Source of the DNA: an uncultured delta proteobacterium
GTDB lineage: Bacteria; Desulfobacterota; Binatia; UBA9968
Assembly (NCBI GenBank): GCA_963745035.1
Contig: CAVUVW010000026.1
Span: 32,001 to 96,000 of the forward strand
Direction of reading: 5' to 3'
DNA length: 64,000 bases
Shown here: in pieces, positions 1 through 10,761 of the stretch
Layout of the letters: every line of letters starts with the position of its first letter
Position numbering within the stretch: the first letter of the stretch is position 1
The notes under the pieces: model-generated
What the model was told of the DNA's origin: nothing
Databases searched by the model: none
The model's input: the letters and a program-made list of their open reading frames with translations, nothing else
Position numbers and translations under genes: made by a program

Positions 1-912
1 GCGGGCGCGGATGCGATTCTCTTGCTTGCGGTGATCGCGCCGTGGCATCCCGCTTCGGCCACGCCGTCGCCCGGCGCAACGGTGGCGATTCTCGATGAGA
101 ATCCACTGCGCCACGATATGCCCTACTACGGCTACCAGGCGGATCTCTGCTTGACGGGTGAGATCGAAAGTTCGCTCGAGGCGTTGCTTGCCGCACTCAA
201 AAAGAAAGTCTCCGCCAGTGACGCATCGCGCAAGCAGCGTGCGGAAGAAATCGGCAAGAAGAACAACGCGCAGAGAAAGGCGTGGCGCGATGAGGCACAG
301 GCGCTCGGCAGCCAAAAGCCGATGGACACCCGCTGGGTGGCCCACGAGCTGAGCCAGGTCTTGCCGGCCGACGCGATGGTCGTCGAAGAGACGATCACCC
401 ATCGTCTGGCGGTGCACCGCTATCTCGACGGCGTGAAGCCGGGATCCTATTTCGCCGGCTGCGTCGGCGGTTTGGGCACCGGCCTTTCGACCGCGCTCGG
501 CGTAAAGTCGGCCAATCCGAAGCGGCCGGTGGTCTGCCTGATCGGCGACGGCTCTTTCAATTACGACCCGGTGCCGGCGGTATACGGTGCGGCGCAGGAG
601 CACAACCTGCCGTTCCTCACGGTAATGTTCAATAATCAAGGCTATCTATCCCAAAAATCAGGTATTCCAAAATATTATCCGGATGGTTGGGCAGTCAAGT
701 CGAAGAATTTCTCCGGCCTGCACATCGCGCCTTGTCCGGAATACGCGCAGATTATGAAGGCCTTCGACGGTTACGGCGAGAAGGTCGAAGAGCCGGGCGA
801 AGTACGCAAGGCGATAGAGCGCGGCCTGCGTGCAGTTGCCGGCGGACAATCGGCGCTGCTCGATATTCGGTTGAAACCGGTCGAAGACATCGTCGAGCGA
901 GGCGAAGGATAA
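1..912 (+). CDS. Thiamine pyrophosphate-binding enzyme (acetolactate synthase/benzoylformate decarboxylase-like), 5'-truncated by window edge
   Basis: TPP-binding motif IGDGSFNY...VMFNNQGY and GGLGTG upstream. Confidence 0.9.
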   Translation, partial: AGADAILLLAVIAPWHPASATPSPGATVAILDENPLRHDMPYYGYQADLCLTGEIESSLEALLAALKKKVSASDASRKQRAEEIGKKNNAQRKAWRDEAQALGSQKPMDTRWVAHELSQVLPADAMVVEETITHRLAVHRYLDGVKPGSYFAGCVGGLGTGLSTALGVKSANPKRPVVCLIGDGSFNYDPVPAVYGAAQEHNLPFLTVMFNNQGYLSQKSGIPKYYPDGWAVKSKNFSGLHIAPCPEYAQIMKAFDGYGEKVEEPGEVRKAIERGLRAVAGGQSALLDIRLKPVEDIVERGEG

Positions 913-931
913 AGTCTTGATGCTGCGGATC

Positions 932-959
932 AAAAAGCCGGGCTTCGGCCCGGCTTTTT
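932..959. terminator. Bidirectional Rho-independent terminator
   Basis: AAAAAGCCGGGC-TTCG-GCCCGGCTTTTT perfect hairpin with A and T tails just after the TPP gene. Confidence 0.85.
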
Positions 960-997
960 AGTTTCGTGCATCGGAAGGACCAATTCGCGGAGTTCCC

Positions 998-1708
998 ATG
1001 GGTGGCAGCTTCCATGATCGATTGGTCGCGACGCGCGACAAAAACCACAGTAAGGACCATCCTTTCTTCAATTTATGGGCGGCGGGTAAACTGACCAAAG
1101 AGCAAACCGCCTTTTATTGCACGCAACATTTCCATTACGTCGGCGAATATCTGAACTGGCTCGCTTACGAGGCGTCGCAAATTCCCAAGCGCGACGTCAA
1201 AGCCTACTTGTTCGAGAACCTCGGCGACGAAGAAAATCCCGACGATCGCCACCTCGACATGTTGAAAGACTATGTCGCGGCGAGCGGCATGGATCGCGAC
1301 GGCGTGGAAACGTCGGTGGTTTTGCCGGGCACGGATCAGTTGCAGAACTGGGGCTGGCGCATGGTTTACCAGCAACCGTGGCAAGCGGCCGTGGCCGGCA
1401 TGTTCATCGGTTTGGAATCGCAGTTCCTGGACATCTGCAAGAAAATCGTACCCGCCTTGCACAAGCACTACGGCTACAAGCCGCACGCGCGCGAAACTCG
1501 CTTTTTCGAAGAGCATGTCTACGCGGATGAAATTCACGGATCCAAAGGATTCGCGATCGTGGAGAAATACTGCGACACTCCTGAGCTAAAGGAACTCGCG
1601 CTAAAACAAGTCGAAGAAGCAACCGTCCGCCGCTGGCGCTATATGAACAGCATCTACTGGTACGCCTTGCACGGCAAGTTGGATGACACGCCGATGCCGC
1701 AGACATAG
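998..1708 (+). CDS. Iron-containing redox enzyme (heme-oxygenase-like TenA/PqqC/CADD family)
   Basis: HPFF...W N-terminus, ENLGDEE...H and FFEEHVYADEIH diiron-type ligands. Confidence 0.8.
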   Translation: MGGSFHDRLVATRDKNHSKDHPFFNLWAAGKLTKEQTAFYCTQHFHYVGEYLNWLAYEASQIPKRDVKAYLFENLGDEENPDDRHLDMLKDYVAASGMDRDGVETSVVLPGTDQLQNWGWRMVYQQPWQAAVAGMFIGLESQFLDICKKIVPALHKHYGYKPHARETRFFEEHVYADEIHGSKGFAIVEKYCDTPELKELALKQVEEATVRRWRYMNSIYWYALHGKLDDTPMPQT

Positions 1709-1809
1709 GCTTTGATGCGGTCGATGTTCAATCCCCTCCCAACGAGAGATGAGGTAAGCCCAAGCCGTTTTGAATTTTCTTGCAGCAAAGCGGTTGAACG
1801 GCTTGAACG

Positions 1810-3012
1810 ATGACTGACCTTAAACACGGTCCTCTCGACGGCGTGCGTGTTCTCGATCTGACGCGCGTAGTCGCGGGCCCTTACTGTTCGATGTTCTTGG
1901 GCGATCTCGGCGCCGATGTCGTCAAAGTCGAGCAGCCGGGTTCCGGGGACGATACGCGCGGTTGGGGACCGCCGTTCACGGGCGGTGAAAGCGCTTACTA
2001 TCTTTGCATCAACCGCAATAAACAGAGCGTAACGCTCGATTTGAAGTCTCCGCGCGGGGTCGAGTTGCTGCGTGAATTGGCGAAAGCGGCTGACGTGCTC
2101 ATTGAAAACTTTCGCCCCGGCACCATGGAGCGCCTCGGTCTCGGCGAGAAGGAACTGCGCGCGCTCAATCCGCGGCTGATCTATGCGTCACTCACCGGTT
2201 TCGGCGCCGATGGGCCGATGAGCGACTGGCCCGGTTATGACTTGATCGTGCAGGCGTGGGGCGGACTCATGAGCATCACCGGCACTCCTGATGGCGAGCC
2301 GGTGAAGGTCGGCGTGGCGATCATCGATCTCGTCGCGGGACTGATGCTCGGCAAGGCGATTACCGCAGCGCTCTTCGCGCGCGAGAAAATCGGTGTCGGC
2401 CAGCGCATCGATACTTCCTTGCTCGAAGCCGAAGTCGCTTCACTGATCAACGCCGGCAGCAATTATCTCGTCGGGGGCAAGATCCCGACCCGCTGGGGCA
2501 ATGCGCATCCGAACATCGTGCCCTATCAAAATTTCAAGACGGCCGACGGCTATCTGGTCATCGGCGTCGCCAGCGAGGTGATCTGGAAGCGCTTCTGTGC
2601 CGCAGTCGGGCGAGAGGCATTGGCCGAGGATCCGCGCTTCCAAAACAATTCCCAGCGGGTCGAACATCGCGCCGAACTGATCGCGCTGCTGTCGGAAATG
2701 TTTATACAACGCGATAATGAAACTTGGTTTAAATTATTGACTGGAGCTGAGGTTCCATGCGCGCCGGTGCAAAGCATCGAGCAAGTTTTTCAAGCTCCGC
2801 AGGTCTTGCATCGCGACATGCTGTTGGAAGTCGATCATCCCACGGCAGGCAAAGTGCGCATGGCAGGGATCCCGGTAAAATTCTCCGAGACACCGGGGTC
2901 GGTTCGACGACCGCCACCCTTGCTCGGCGAGCACAACGAAGCCGTTCTCAAAGATTGGCTCGGCATGAGCGCAACGAAGATCGACGAGCTCAAGAGAGAT
3001 AAGATCATATGA
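1810..3012 (+). CDS. CaiB/BaiF family III CoA transferase
   Basis: PLDGVRVLDLTRVVAGP, NRNKQS, ENFRPG, GYDLIVQA motifs. Confidence 0.95.
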   Translation: MTDLKHGPLDGVRVLDLTRVVAGPYCSMFLGDLGADVVKVEQPGSGDDTRGWGPPFTGGESAYYLCINRNKQSVTLDLKSPRGVELLRELAKAADVLIENFRPGTMERLGLGEKELRALNPRLIYASLTGFGADGPMSDWPGYDLIVQAWGGLMSITGTPDGEPVKVGVAIIDLVAGLMLGKAITAALFAREKIGVGQRIDTSLLEAEVASLINAGSNYLVGGKIPTRWGNAHPNIVPYQNFKTADGYLVIGVASEVIWKRFCAAVGREALAEDPRFQNNSQRVEHRAELIALLSEMFIQRDNETWFKLLTGAEVPCAPVQSIEQVFQAPQVLHRDMLLEVDHPTAGKVRMAGIPVKFSETPGSVRRPPPLLGEHNEAVLKDWLGMSATKIDELKRDKII

Positions 3013-3467
3013 CGGGTAAAACTTTCGAGGAATTTCATGCCGGCGATCGCTACAGCACGGGGCGGCGGACGATCACGGAGCACGATATTTTGCAGTTCGT
3101 CACCCTCGTCGGACTCACAGAGCCGTTGTTTCAGGACATGGAGTATATCCGCAACGAAAGCCTTTATGGCGAGCGCATCGCGCCGGGCAGCCTGACCTTT
3201 GGCATGGCTGAAGGCTTGACCGTGCAGACCGGGCTCATTCACGGCACAGGCCTGGCGTTCGCGGGCCTCGACAAGATGCGCCTGTTCGGTCCCGTCAAAG
3301 TAAACGACACGATCAACGTCGAGATCGAAGTGCTTGATACCAAACCCATTCCGGCGCGCGGGGGCGGCATCGTGCGCTATCGCCAGTGGGTCAAGAACCA
3401 GCGCGGCGAAACGATAATGGAATACGACGTGGCACGGCTGATTCGGGGAAAACCAAGTAAGGAGTGA
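3009..3467 (+). CDS. MaoC-like dehydratase (hotdog fold)
   Basis: RRTITEHDI...PLF.D.EY...ERIAPG motif; ATGA overlap with the CoA transferase. Confidence 0.85.
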   Translation: MTGKTFEEFHAGDRYSTGRRTITEHDILQFVTLVGLTEPLFQDMEYIRNESLYGERIAPGSLTFGMAEGLTVQTGLIHGTGLAFAGLDKMRLFGPVKVNDTINVEIEVLDTKPIPARGGGIVRYRQWVKNQRGETIMEYDVARLIRGKPSKE

Positions 3468-3539
3468 CTCGTCAGTAGTTAGGAGCGCGGACTCAGAGGG
3501 CTAACTCCTCACTGCTCACTCCTGACTCCTAACTTCGTT

Positions 3540-4491
3540 ATGACAAAATTCGGTATTCTTCTGCCTACCCGCGAGGTAGTTCTCTCGGGTAGGGCCGATC
3601 CGAGCAGCATCTACGATCTCGCAGACCGCGCCGAGACGCTCGGATTCCATTCCGTTTGGGTCGGCGACAGTGTGGTCGCCAGGCCGCGTCTCGACGCGCT
3701 CACGACCCTTGCCGCCGTCGGCGCGCGTACCCGGCGCATCCGCCTCGGTACGGCGGTCTACCTCGCGGCGCTCAGAAATCCCGTGCTGGTCGCCCACATG
3801 GTCGGTACCGTCGATTGGCTGAGCCGCGGCCGCGTCGATCTCGGCATCGGCTACGCCCGCCCTAACGATCCCGTGCAGGAGCACGAATATAGAGTTCTCG
3901 GCCACGATCCCTCCAAACGGATCAAGATGAGCGAGGAACTGGTCCACATTATTCGCAAGCTGTGGCGCGAAAACGACGTGACTTACGCGGGCAGTTTTTC
4001 CAAATTCGAGCACATCACGGTAGAGCCCAAGCCGATCCAGCCGGGCGGCGTGCCGATCTGGCTCGCTTCGAACAACGTCGAGCCTGGTCTGAAACGGGTT
4101 GCGCGCATGGGCGACGGATGGCTCAACAACATCACCGATCCGAGAGTCTACAAAGAGTGTCTCGGAAAGATTCGAGCTTACGCCGCCGAGGCAGGTCGCG
4201 ACCCGGAAGCGATCGAGCCGGGACTCTATTTCACTCTTGCCGCGGGCGGCCAGCAGGCGATTGCGAAGGGCAGAAATTCTTATCCCAATACTACAACCGC
4301 CCTACGAATCCGTCGCCAAAGCGATGGTTTGTGTTATGGGAAGCTGGGAGCAAGTGCTGGATCACATGCAGGATTACATAGAGGCGGGAGCGCGTACCCT
4401 CGTGCTGCGCTTCGCGACCAGCGATCAAATCCGCCACTTAGAATCATGTGCCGAGCACCTATCTCGCCGCGGGTTCCTACCAGTTCCTTAA
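3540..4491 (+). CDS. LLM-class flavin-dependent oxidoreductase, frameshift near 4265
   Basis: GFHSVWVGDS, RIRLGTAV, LSRGRVDLGIG, PKPIQPGGVPIW; C-terminus (GSWEQVLDHMQDYIEAGA) in another frame. Confidence 0.85.
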
Positions 4492-4573
4492 TCGACTACG
4501 GTCTGCGGAAGTAGAGCTATGAAGGACCTCCGGCGCCAGCCAAAGAGTTCTGATCTGTCGCGACTCGTGTTTC

Positions 4574-4828
4574 CGTCATTCCGGTGCACGCCGGGCCTTA
4601 TCGTCACCCCGGTGAAAACCGGGGTCCATCCCCAATCTCTTTAATCTGGATACCGTTTTTCAACGGTATGCCGGGGCGCTATCCGCCACCTGGATGCCGG
4701 TTTCCACCGGCATGACGAATGCTCGCTGTGGCGCGAGTCCTACGGTTCTGACTATTTGCAGGGGAGATTAGACTCTTTAGCGAGGAATTTCGATGAATGT
4801 AGGGGCAGGTTTCAAACCTGCCCCTACA
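4574..4828. repeat. Cluster of REP-like intergenic palindromes
   Basis: GTCATTCCGG..., CACCCCGGTGAAAACCGGGGTCC, CTGGATGCCGGTTTCCACCGGCATGAC, TGTAGGGGCAGGTTTCAAACCTGCCCCTACA; similar units at ~8224-8306, 12240-12270, 12618-12648. Confidence 0.65.
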
Positions 4829-4844
4829 CGGGTGCAAGTCGGAT

Positions 4845-7073
4845 CTACGATTTGTTCAGGGCTCCATAAATCTTTTCCGACGTAAGCGGCAGATCGAGCA
4901 AGCGGACGCCGACGGCGTCCTGGATAGCGTTGGCGATAGCCGCCGCTGTCGGAACATTTGGAATTTCCGCGATCGCTTTGCCCTGATACGGCGTAGGCCC
5001 TACGGCGTCCTCCATCAGGACGGTCGTGAGCTTGGGCACGTCGGCGATGGTGGCCATTTTGAACTCGCCGAGATTGGCGGTGGGCATTTTCCCGTCTACC
5101 AGGGAATTGTCTTCCATTAAGGCGAAGCCGAGACCGGTGATCACGCCGCCGTCGATCTGTCCGGTATAGCTCAGATGGTTCAAGACGGTGCCGGAGTCGT
5201 GCACCGTGGTCAACTTTTTCACTCTGGCTTGGCCGGTGCCGGGATCGACTTCGACTTCCGCGACCTGCGCCGCAAACGAGGTGATCGGAGCGCGCGAGGG
5301 CTCGTAGACACTCAAGTGCGTGAGCACGCCGCCATTTTGCTCGACGGCGAGGCGCATCAGCTCCGTGAACGGCATCGCCTTTCGTTCGGGAGCCGCATAG
5401 CGGCCGTTTGCGGACTTTATATCTTCGGCGTTGCAGCCCAGGCTCGCTGCGGCAAGAGCGATGATCTTGCTCTTGATCTCCGTAACCGCCTGATAGGCGG
5501 CGGTGCCGACGCTGTTGGTCGACTTGCTGCCGCCGGTGCCGGAGTCGAATGGTGAGGTGTCGGTATCGGCGACGCGAACGTGCACGCGCGCCATCGGGAC
5601 ATCGAGTACCTCGCTGACGATCTGCTGGACGACGGTGTGAATGCCGGGTCCGACGTCGGGCACACCCAAATCCACATTCACATCGCCACCGGCTTCGATC
5701 GTGATCGCCGCGCCGGACTTGCCCGCGCCCGAAGGGCGCTCGTAGACGGCCACGCCGCGGCCGATATTTTTCCCCTTGGGTTTGATCCAGCCGGCGGTGT
5801 CGAGAGCTTTCTTGAGAGTCTCCTTGACGACGATGCCTTTGAGCTTTTGCCCGAACGGCGTCGGCTCGCCGTCGTCGAGTAAATTTTTCATGCGGAACGC
5901 CACCGGATCCATGCCCAGCTCCCCGGCGATGATATCCATGTGCGATTCGACGGCAAAGGTTGTCTGCGGGCTCCCCGGCGTGCGCGTCTGCGTGCACGGA
6001 ACCTGATTGGTGTAGGCGCAAAGGGTCTCGACCTGGATCGCCGGGATGCGGTAATAGCTCGCCGCGCGGCGCGGTCCCTGTACCGTCACTTCGGCGTTGG
6101 CTTTGAGCGCCGCGTAGCCGCCGCCGCTAAAGACCGCGCGCACCTGCATGGCGCAAAGCCTGCCGTCGCCGTCGACGCCGGTGCGCAGCGTGATGACCGC
6201 GGGATGGCGATGCGAGACGGCGGTGAGCTCCTCGGTGTATTCGAGAACCATGCGCACCGGCTTGCCGGTCTTCTTGGCGAGAAAATAGCAAATCGGCGCT
6301 TCGGTGACCGAGGTTTTGCCGCCGAAGTCGCCGCCCACCGGAAGAATATGGACTTTGACGTTCTCCTCTTCGAGGCCGAGATCGCGCGCGAAGCGGCTGC
6401 GCAGCGTAAACGGCGCTTTGTTCGACGCCCAGATTTCTACCCGGCCGTCGGCGTTGATCTGCACCGTGCAGGCGTGCGGCTCGATATAGCCGTGAAAGCC
6501 TAGCGGCGTGCGAAAAATATGCTCGAAGATTCGCGCGGCCTTTTGAAAACCGGCTTCGAGGTCGCCATTGGACCACTTGCCGTAGGACTGCACGTTGGGC
6601 AGCTCGATCTCTCGCTCCGGCGCGTTTTTGTAGCCGGCGGGATTCTCATGCAGAAGCGGCGTTCCGGGACGAATCGCTTCCAGCGGATCGGTGACGAAAG
6701 GAAGCTCTTGGTACTGCACATCGATGAGGCCCAACGCCTCCTCGGCGATATCATCGCTGTCCGCCGCCACCGCGGCGACGGGTTCGCCGGCGTAGCGCAC
6801 GCGCTCCTGCGCCAAAAGAGGCATGTCCTTCATTCGCAAGCCGACCATCACGCCCGCCACGTCGGCGCCGGTAATGATCCCGCGCACGCCCGGCAGCCTG
6901 GCGGCCTTGCTCGTGTCAATGCCGAGTATGCGCGCGTGAGGCAGTGAGGCGCGCAGCATCTTCGCCGAGAGCGCGGCGGGAAAGGGCAGGTCGGCGGCGT
7001 AGCGCATATTGCCGGAAACTTTGTCCGCGCCCTCGATGCGCGGCACTGCTCTGTTTACGCTTTTGTAGGCCAT
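4845..7073 (-). CDS. Xanthine dehydrogenase/CO dehydrogenase family molybdopterin-binding large subunit
   Basis: PRIEGADKVSG...YAADL, VGGDFGGK, GQIDGG...GLG.AL.E, KAIAEIP...AAAIANAI. Confidence 0.93.
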   Translation of the reverse strand: MAYKSVNRAVPRIEGADKVSGNMRYAADLPFPAALSAKMLRASLPHARILGIDTSKAARLPGVRGIITGADVAGVMVGLRMKDMPLLAQERVRYAGEPVAAVAADSDDIAEEALGLIDVQYQELPFVTDPLEAIRPGTPLLHENPAGYKNAPEREIELPNVQSYGKWSNGDLEAGFQKAARIFEHIFRTPLGFHGYIEPHACTVQINADGRVEIWASNKAPFTLRSRFARDLGLEEENVKVHILPVGGDFGGKTSVTEAPICYFLAKKTGKPVRMVLEYTEELTAVSHRHPAVITLRTGVDGDGRLCAMQVRAVFSGGGYAALKANAEVTVQGPRRAASYYRIPAIQVETLCAYTNQVPCTQTRTPGSPQTTFAVESHMDIIAGELGMDPVAFRMKNLLDDGEPTPFGQKLKGIVVKETLKKALDTAGWIKPKGKNIGRGVAVYERPSGAGKSGAAITIEAGGDVNVDLGVPDVGPGIHTVVQQIVSEVLDVPMARVHVRVADTDTSPFDSGTGGSKSTNSVGTAAYQAVTEIKSKIIALAAASLGCNAEDIKSANGRYAAPERKAMPFTELMRLAVEQNGGVLTHLSVYEPSRAPITSFAAQVAEVEVDPGTGQARVKKLTTVHDSGTVLNHLSYTGQIDGGVITGLGFALMEDNSLVDGKMPTANLGEFKMATIADVPKLTTVLMEDAVGPTPYQGKAIAEIPNVPTAAAIANAIQDAVGVRLLDLPLTSEKIYGALNKS

Positions 7074-7192
7074 TGATACTCCGTCACTTGGCTGTTGATG
7101 TTAGCGTCGCCGTGAAGGTCTCGGATTAGGGTCGAGGATAGAGGATGGAGGATCGGCGGCCAACGATCGTCTATCCTCGATCATCAACCCGT

Positions 7193-8173
7193 TTAAATCT
7201 TGACCTTCGTAAACACTTTCAACGGGTTCGTCTGAAAAATCTTCCGCTTGTCCTCAGCGCTCAAAAAAGCGAGGCCGTCGATCACCGGAATCATATCATC
7301 GGACGCCTTGCCGTTGTCGGGCCGGATCGCGCCGCCCGAGCCGGGCGATTCGGTGCCGAAGAGCATCTGATCGACGCCGCGCTGCTTGATGGCGGCTTCG
7401 AGATAGTGTTCGTCGTAGCAGCACGCGTCATAAAAGAGATTGCCGTTAAGACCAGCCTTGCCAACGTGGTGATCGGTGGGGATGAAGCGGTTCAAGCCGC
7501 CGCCGCAGTGGCAGATGACGATTTTCAACTTGGGAAACGCTTCGAAGACCTTGCTGTGCGAATAGAGCTGCATGGCGACGAACTCTTCGAGATAATTATT
7601 CATCTGATAATTCGCCGGAATGATTTCCAGGCGCTTGTCGTACGTAATCGATGGATGGATCATCAGCGGCACGTCGAGCTGGACGGCTTTTTCATAGAGC
7701 GGATACCAGTACTCCTCGTGCACGCCGGGCGTCTGCTTGTCGCCGGCGGGATCGGGATTGAGGTACGCGCCGACGAAGCCCAGCTCCTTCACGCATCGTT
7801 CCAACTCACCGACGCAGTTGCGCGTGTCTTTCTCCTTCGACTGCGGTAACTGCGCCATGCCGCGAAAGCGATCAGGATGGAGCTTGACGATGCGCGCAAT
7901 CACGTCATTGACCGTGCGGCACCAGAAGTCTTGCAGAAACGGCCGCATCCAGTGCCACATGGCGATAGGCCGCGGGCCGATGAGCTGAATATCGATGTCG
8001 CGGTCGTCCATGAATTTCAAATGGCGCTGCTGGGCATTATCCAGCTGCTCATCGGTCATATCGAGCTTGCGGCCGGGCGTGTTCTGCGCGACCGTTTCGG
8101 CGAGGAACTGGCGAAACGGCGCAGGCGTGGTCATGTGACCGTGCACGTCGACGACTTTGTATCCGTTGTACAT
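7193..8173 (-). CDS. Amidohydrolase_2 family protein (LigJ/4-oxalomesaconate hydratase-like)
   Basis: VVDVHGH, LNPDP.G, WYPLYEK...LDVPLMIH, HCGGG, LFGTESPG. Confidence 0.85.
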   Translation of the reverse strand: MYNGYKVVDVHGHMTTPAPFRQFLAETVAQNTPGRKLDMTDEQLDNAQQRHLKFMDDRDIDIQLIGPRPIAMWHWMRPFLQDFWCRTVNDVIARIVKLHPDRFRGMAQLPQSKEKDTRNCVGELERCVKELGFVGAYLNPDPAGDKQTPGVHEEYWYPLYEKAVQLDVPLMIHPSITYDKRLEIIPANYQMNNYLEEFVAMQLYSHSKVFEAFPKLKIVICHCGGGLNRFIPTDHHVGKAGLNGNLFYDACCYDEHYLEAAIKQRGVDQMLFGTESPGSGGAIRPDNGKASDDMIPVIDGLAFLSAEDKRKIFQTNPLKVFTKVKI

Positions 8174-8332
8174 GGTGCCTCCTTACTGTGGTAATTCTCA
8201 ATTTGTCCGAGTGTTCAAATTGTGTCATGTCGAGCGCAGCGAGAGATCTTTCTCCATTCTTTTAATCGGTTTCTAAGAAAGATTTCTCACTTCGTTCGAA
8301 ATGACAGGTCGGTCGTTATTCGCCGTTCTCAA

Positions 8333-9545
8333 CTAATCTTCCTCCGGCGCCGCCACTTGATGCTTTAGATAAATTTCCTTTCGTTCCTGCGCCGATTGCA
8401 TGAGCGCGAGACAGACCTCCAAGGTCGCCATGCCCCACGGGCCGGTATGGCGGATCGGTTTGTCGAGCACGACGGCATTGTAAAGCTCCATCAGCTCGCC
8501 GCGCCGCGACGGTCCGCCGCCGCCGATCAGCGGCACGTCCTTCGTGCCCTCGTCGCTGTGGACGAATAGACCGTACTGCGACTGGCGGATGTCGCCTTTC
8601 TCGCAGGTCGCGACGAGGATGCCGAGATCATTGGGCAGCCAGGGTTTGGCTTTGCTGCGGTCGCGGACCTCGCGCTCGTGCGCGCCGCCGATGCGCATTG
8701 CATCCTTGTCGGCGTTTTCGTTGCGCGTGCCGTCCAGGAGCGACTTTGCGGATCGCCGCGCGCTCGGCTTCGCTGTAGCGGCTGTTCTGCCCGCCCCAGG
8801 GGACAAGCTCCGAGGCGAGAAAGTAGCCATAGCCGTTGTGCATCAAAGTCGCCGGCGTGCCGTCTTCGAATTCCATAAAGCCGGAGTAGTAGCCTGGGAT
8901 CGGGCGGCCCTTGAACCATTTGCCCGTGGCACCCCGGACGCTGCGCACGAGACCGCCGCCGAGCAGGCGCAGGGTATCGATCTGATGCGGCCCCTGGCGG
9001 TAGGGCACACCGCCGCCCTGGTTGACGTCCAATTCCTCGGCCGTGCGCGGCCGCAGCATCCAATCGGTATATGCCCAGACGTGAAGCGCGCAGAGCGGGC
9101 CCAACTCGCCGGAGCGGATGAGCTTGCGCATGGTGCGGATATGCGGGCCGAAGCTCTGGGTGTGGCCGCAGAGAAGCTTGATTTTGTTTTTAATCGACGC
9201 CTCGATCATCTGCTCGGCTTCGCGCAGCGAAATCGCCATGGGCTTTTCGACGACGACGTGTTTGCCGGAGTTCGCGGCTATGATCGTGTGCGGCGCGTGA
9301 AATCGATTGGGCGTAGACACCCAGACCGCTTCCACGTCGGGGTCGGCGCAGAGCTTCTCGACGCTGTCATAAGTCTTGGCGCCATAGCGTTCCCGAAAAG
9401 TCTCCAGCACTCGCGGATTGACGTCAGCGGCGGCGACCAAGTCAAACTCCGGCATCTGCTCCATCGCCGGCAAGATCTCCGAGGCGCCGACGCCGATGCC
9501 GACGATGCCCAGCTTCAGTTTTCTTCCAGGCGTTGCCGTTTCCAT
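8333..9545 (-). CDS. Gfo/Idh/MocA oxidoreductase (phthalate dihydrodiol dehydrogenase-like), frameshift near 8740
   Basis: LGIVGIG, VVVEKPMA, GHTQSF, YTDWMLRPRTAEELD..GGGVPYRQGPHQID; C-terminus in ORF 8333..8830. Confidence 0.85.
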
Positions 9546-9746
9546 GGGTGAAATCCAGGCGATTGAGGTCCTACTTAATAAGGGAATGGGTCGTCCTGTC
9601 AAGCAATGAAAGTATGAAGTAATGGAGTATTGCAATATTGGAATGGCGAGGATTTTAACTGCTACCCCAACACTCCATTCTTCCACCCCTTTACCGGGCC
9701 AATGGCTTTGCGCTATGGAAAAGCCAGCGAGGTCTCAGGAGGCTTT

Positions 9747-10154
9747 ATGATCAAGACCACCGGCATTTATCATATGGGCATTCCCTGCAACGACGTCGGT
9801 CGGGCTGTCAAGTTCTATACCGAGATCTTGGGCATGACGATCGCCAAGCTCAACCACGATGATATGGGCAAGGGGCTCGATCGCGCCGATCTGCGCTGCG
9901 GCGAAGGCATGGTCGTCTTATTTCAGCGGCCCAAGCCGCTCGAAGGCGATTTCATCGAGCGAGAAGGGGCCACTCACCAGGCGTTCAGCGTCAGCCGCGA
10001 AGACTTCGAGCTTGCCAAGGTGAAGATGAAGCAAGCCGGCGTCAAGATTCATTCGGTGGCGAGCGTCGACCGGCCAAGCGGCAGCGGTTTTTATTTTTTC
10101 GACTCGGAAGGCAATCTGCTCCAGCTTTATGCGCCGCCGAAAAAGATCGCTTAA
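9747..10154 (+). CDS. VOC/glyoxalase family protein
   Basis: IYHMGIPCNDV.RAVKFY..ILG, HQAF, FYFFDSEGNLLQL; RBS AGGAGG before ATG 9747. Confidence 0.9.
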   Translation: MIKTTGIYHMGIPCNDVGRAVKFYTEILGMTIAKLNHDDMGKGLDRADLRCGEGMVVLFQRPKPLEGDFIEREGATHQAFSVSREDFELAKVKMKQAGVKIHSVASVDRPSGSGFYFFDSEGNLLQLYAPPKKIA

Positions 10155-10271
10155 GGGCAAACCGTCGAATATCGCGGGAGCATGGCTCTTGCCGCCGGCC
10201 GGGCGTCTTACGAGGAATTCAACGATTTGCTAGAGTTGGCTTCATCCAATTTGAAGAGAGTGAGAAGCACA

Positions 10272-10727
10272 GTGGGTCAAGCGCGCTATCTGGCGGCCGT
10301 GTTGTACGCAAGCGTTCTGCTGTTCGCCGTGTTCGTTCACGGCCAAGCCGTCGCTCCGGCGATTACAGTTTATCAGACGCCCACCTGAGGCTGTTGCTCC
10401 GCGTGGGTGGGTCACCTGCGAGCCAGCGGATTTAAGATCGACAAGAAGGATGTGTTCGGCAAGAAGCTTGCCGACATCAAGCACCAACTTGGAGTCCCCG
10501 AGCAGCTGCGCTCCTGTCATACCGCCTTGGTTGGCGGCTATGTGATCGAAGGGCATGTGCCTGCTGATCTGATCTACAAACTGCTAAAGGACAAGCCGCA
10601 GATTGTTGGCTTGGCGGTCCCGGGAATGCCCATCGGCTCGCCGGGCATGGAAGGCGGAAAACCGGAGCCGTATGACGTTTTCGCGTTCGACAAAAGCGGG
10701 CGCGCGACGGTTTACGCAAAGAGATAA
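10272..10727 (+). CDS. DUF411-family exported metal-binding protein with in-frame TGA (probable selenocysteine) at 10386-10388
   Basis: Signal peptide then VYQTPT-TGA-GCCSAWVGHL...SCHTA.VGGYVIEGHVPA...GLAVPGMPIGSPGME; TGA sits at the first Cys of the family PxCGCC motif; start codon approximate. Confidence 0.85.
10389..10427 (+). promoter_or_regulatory. Bacterial SECIS-like hairpin
   Basis: GCTG/CAGC, GCT/AGC, CGC/GCG, GGGTG/CACCT stems with GU bulge and GGU apical loop ~21 nt after the TGA. Confidence 0.65.
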
Positions 10728-10761
10728 GAGAAGAGTCCTCGTGCATTGGAGTGATGGATGT

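Noticed and set aside
4777-9551. Long overlapping or antisense ORFs (4777..6021, 7145..7849, 8544..9551; also 41055..42260, 62696..63547)
   Set aside because: Shadows of recognisable genes in GC-rich DNA with no motifs of their own
3470-9685. Short-period intergenic repeats (3470-3530, 7130-7190, 9607-9685) as ncRNAs
   Set aside because: Low-complexity inverted repeats of REP/terminator type with no recognisable RNA family
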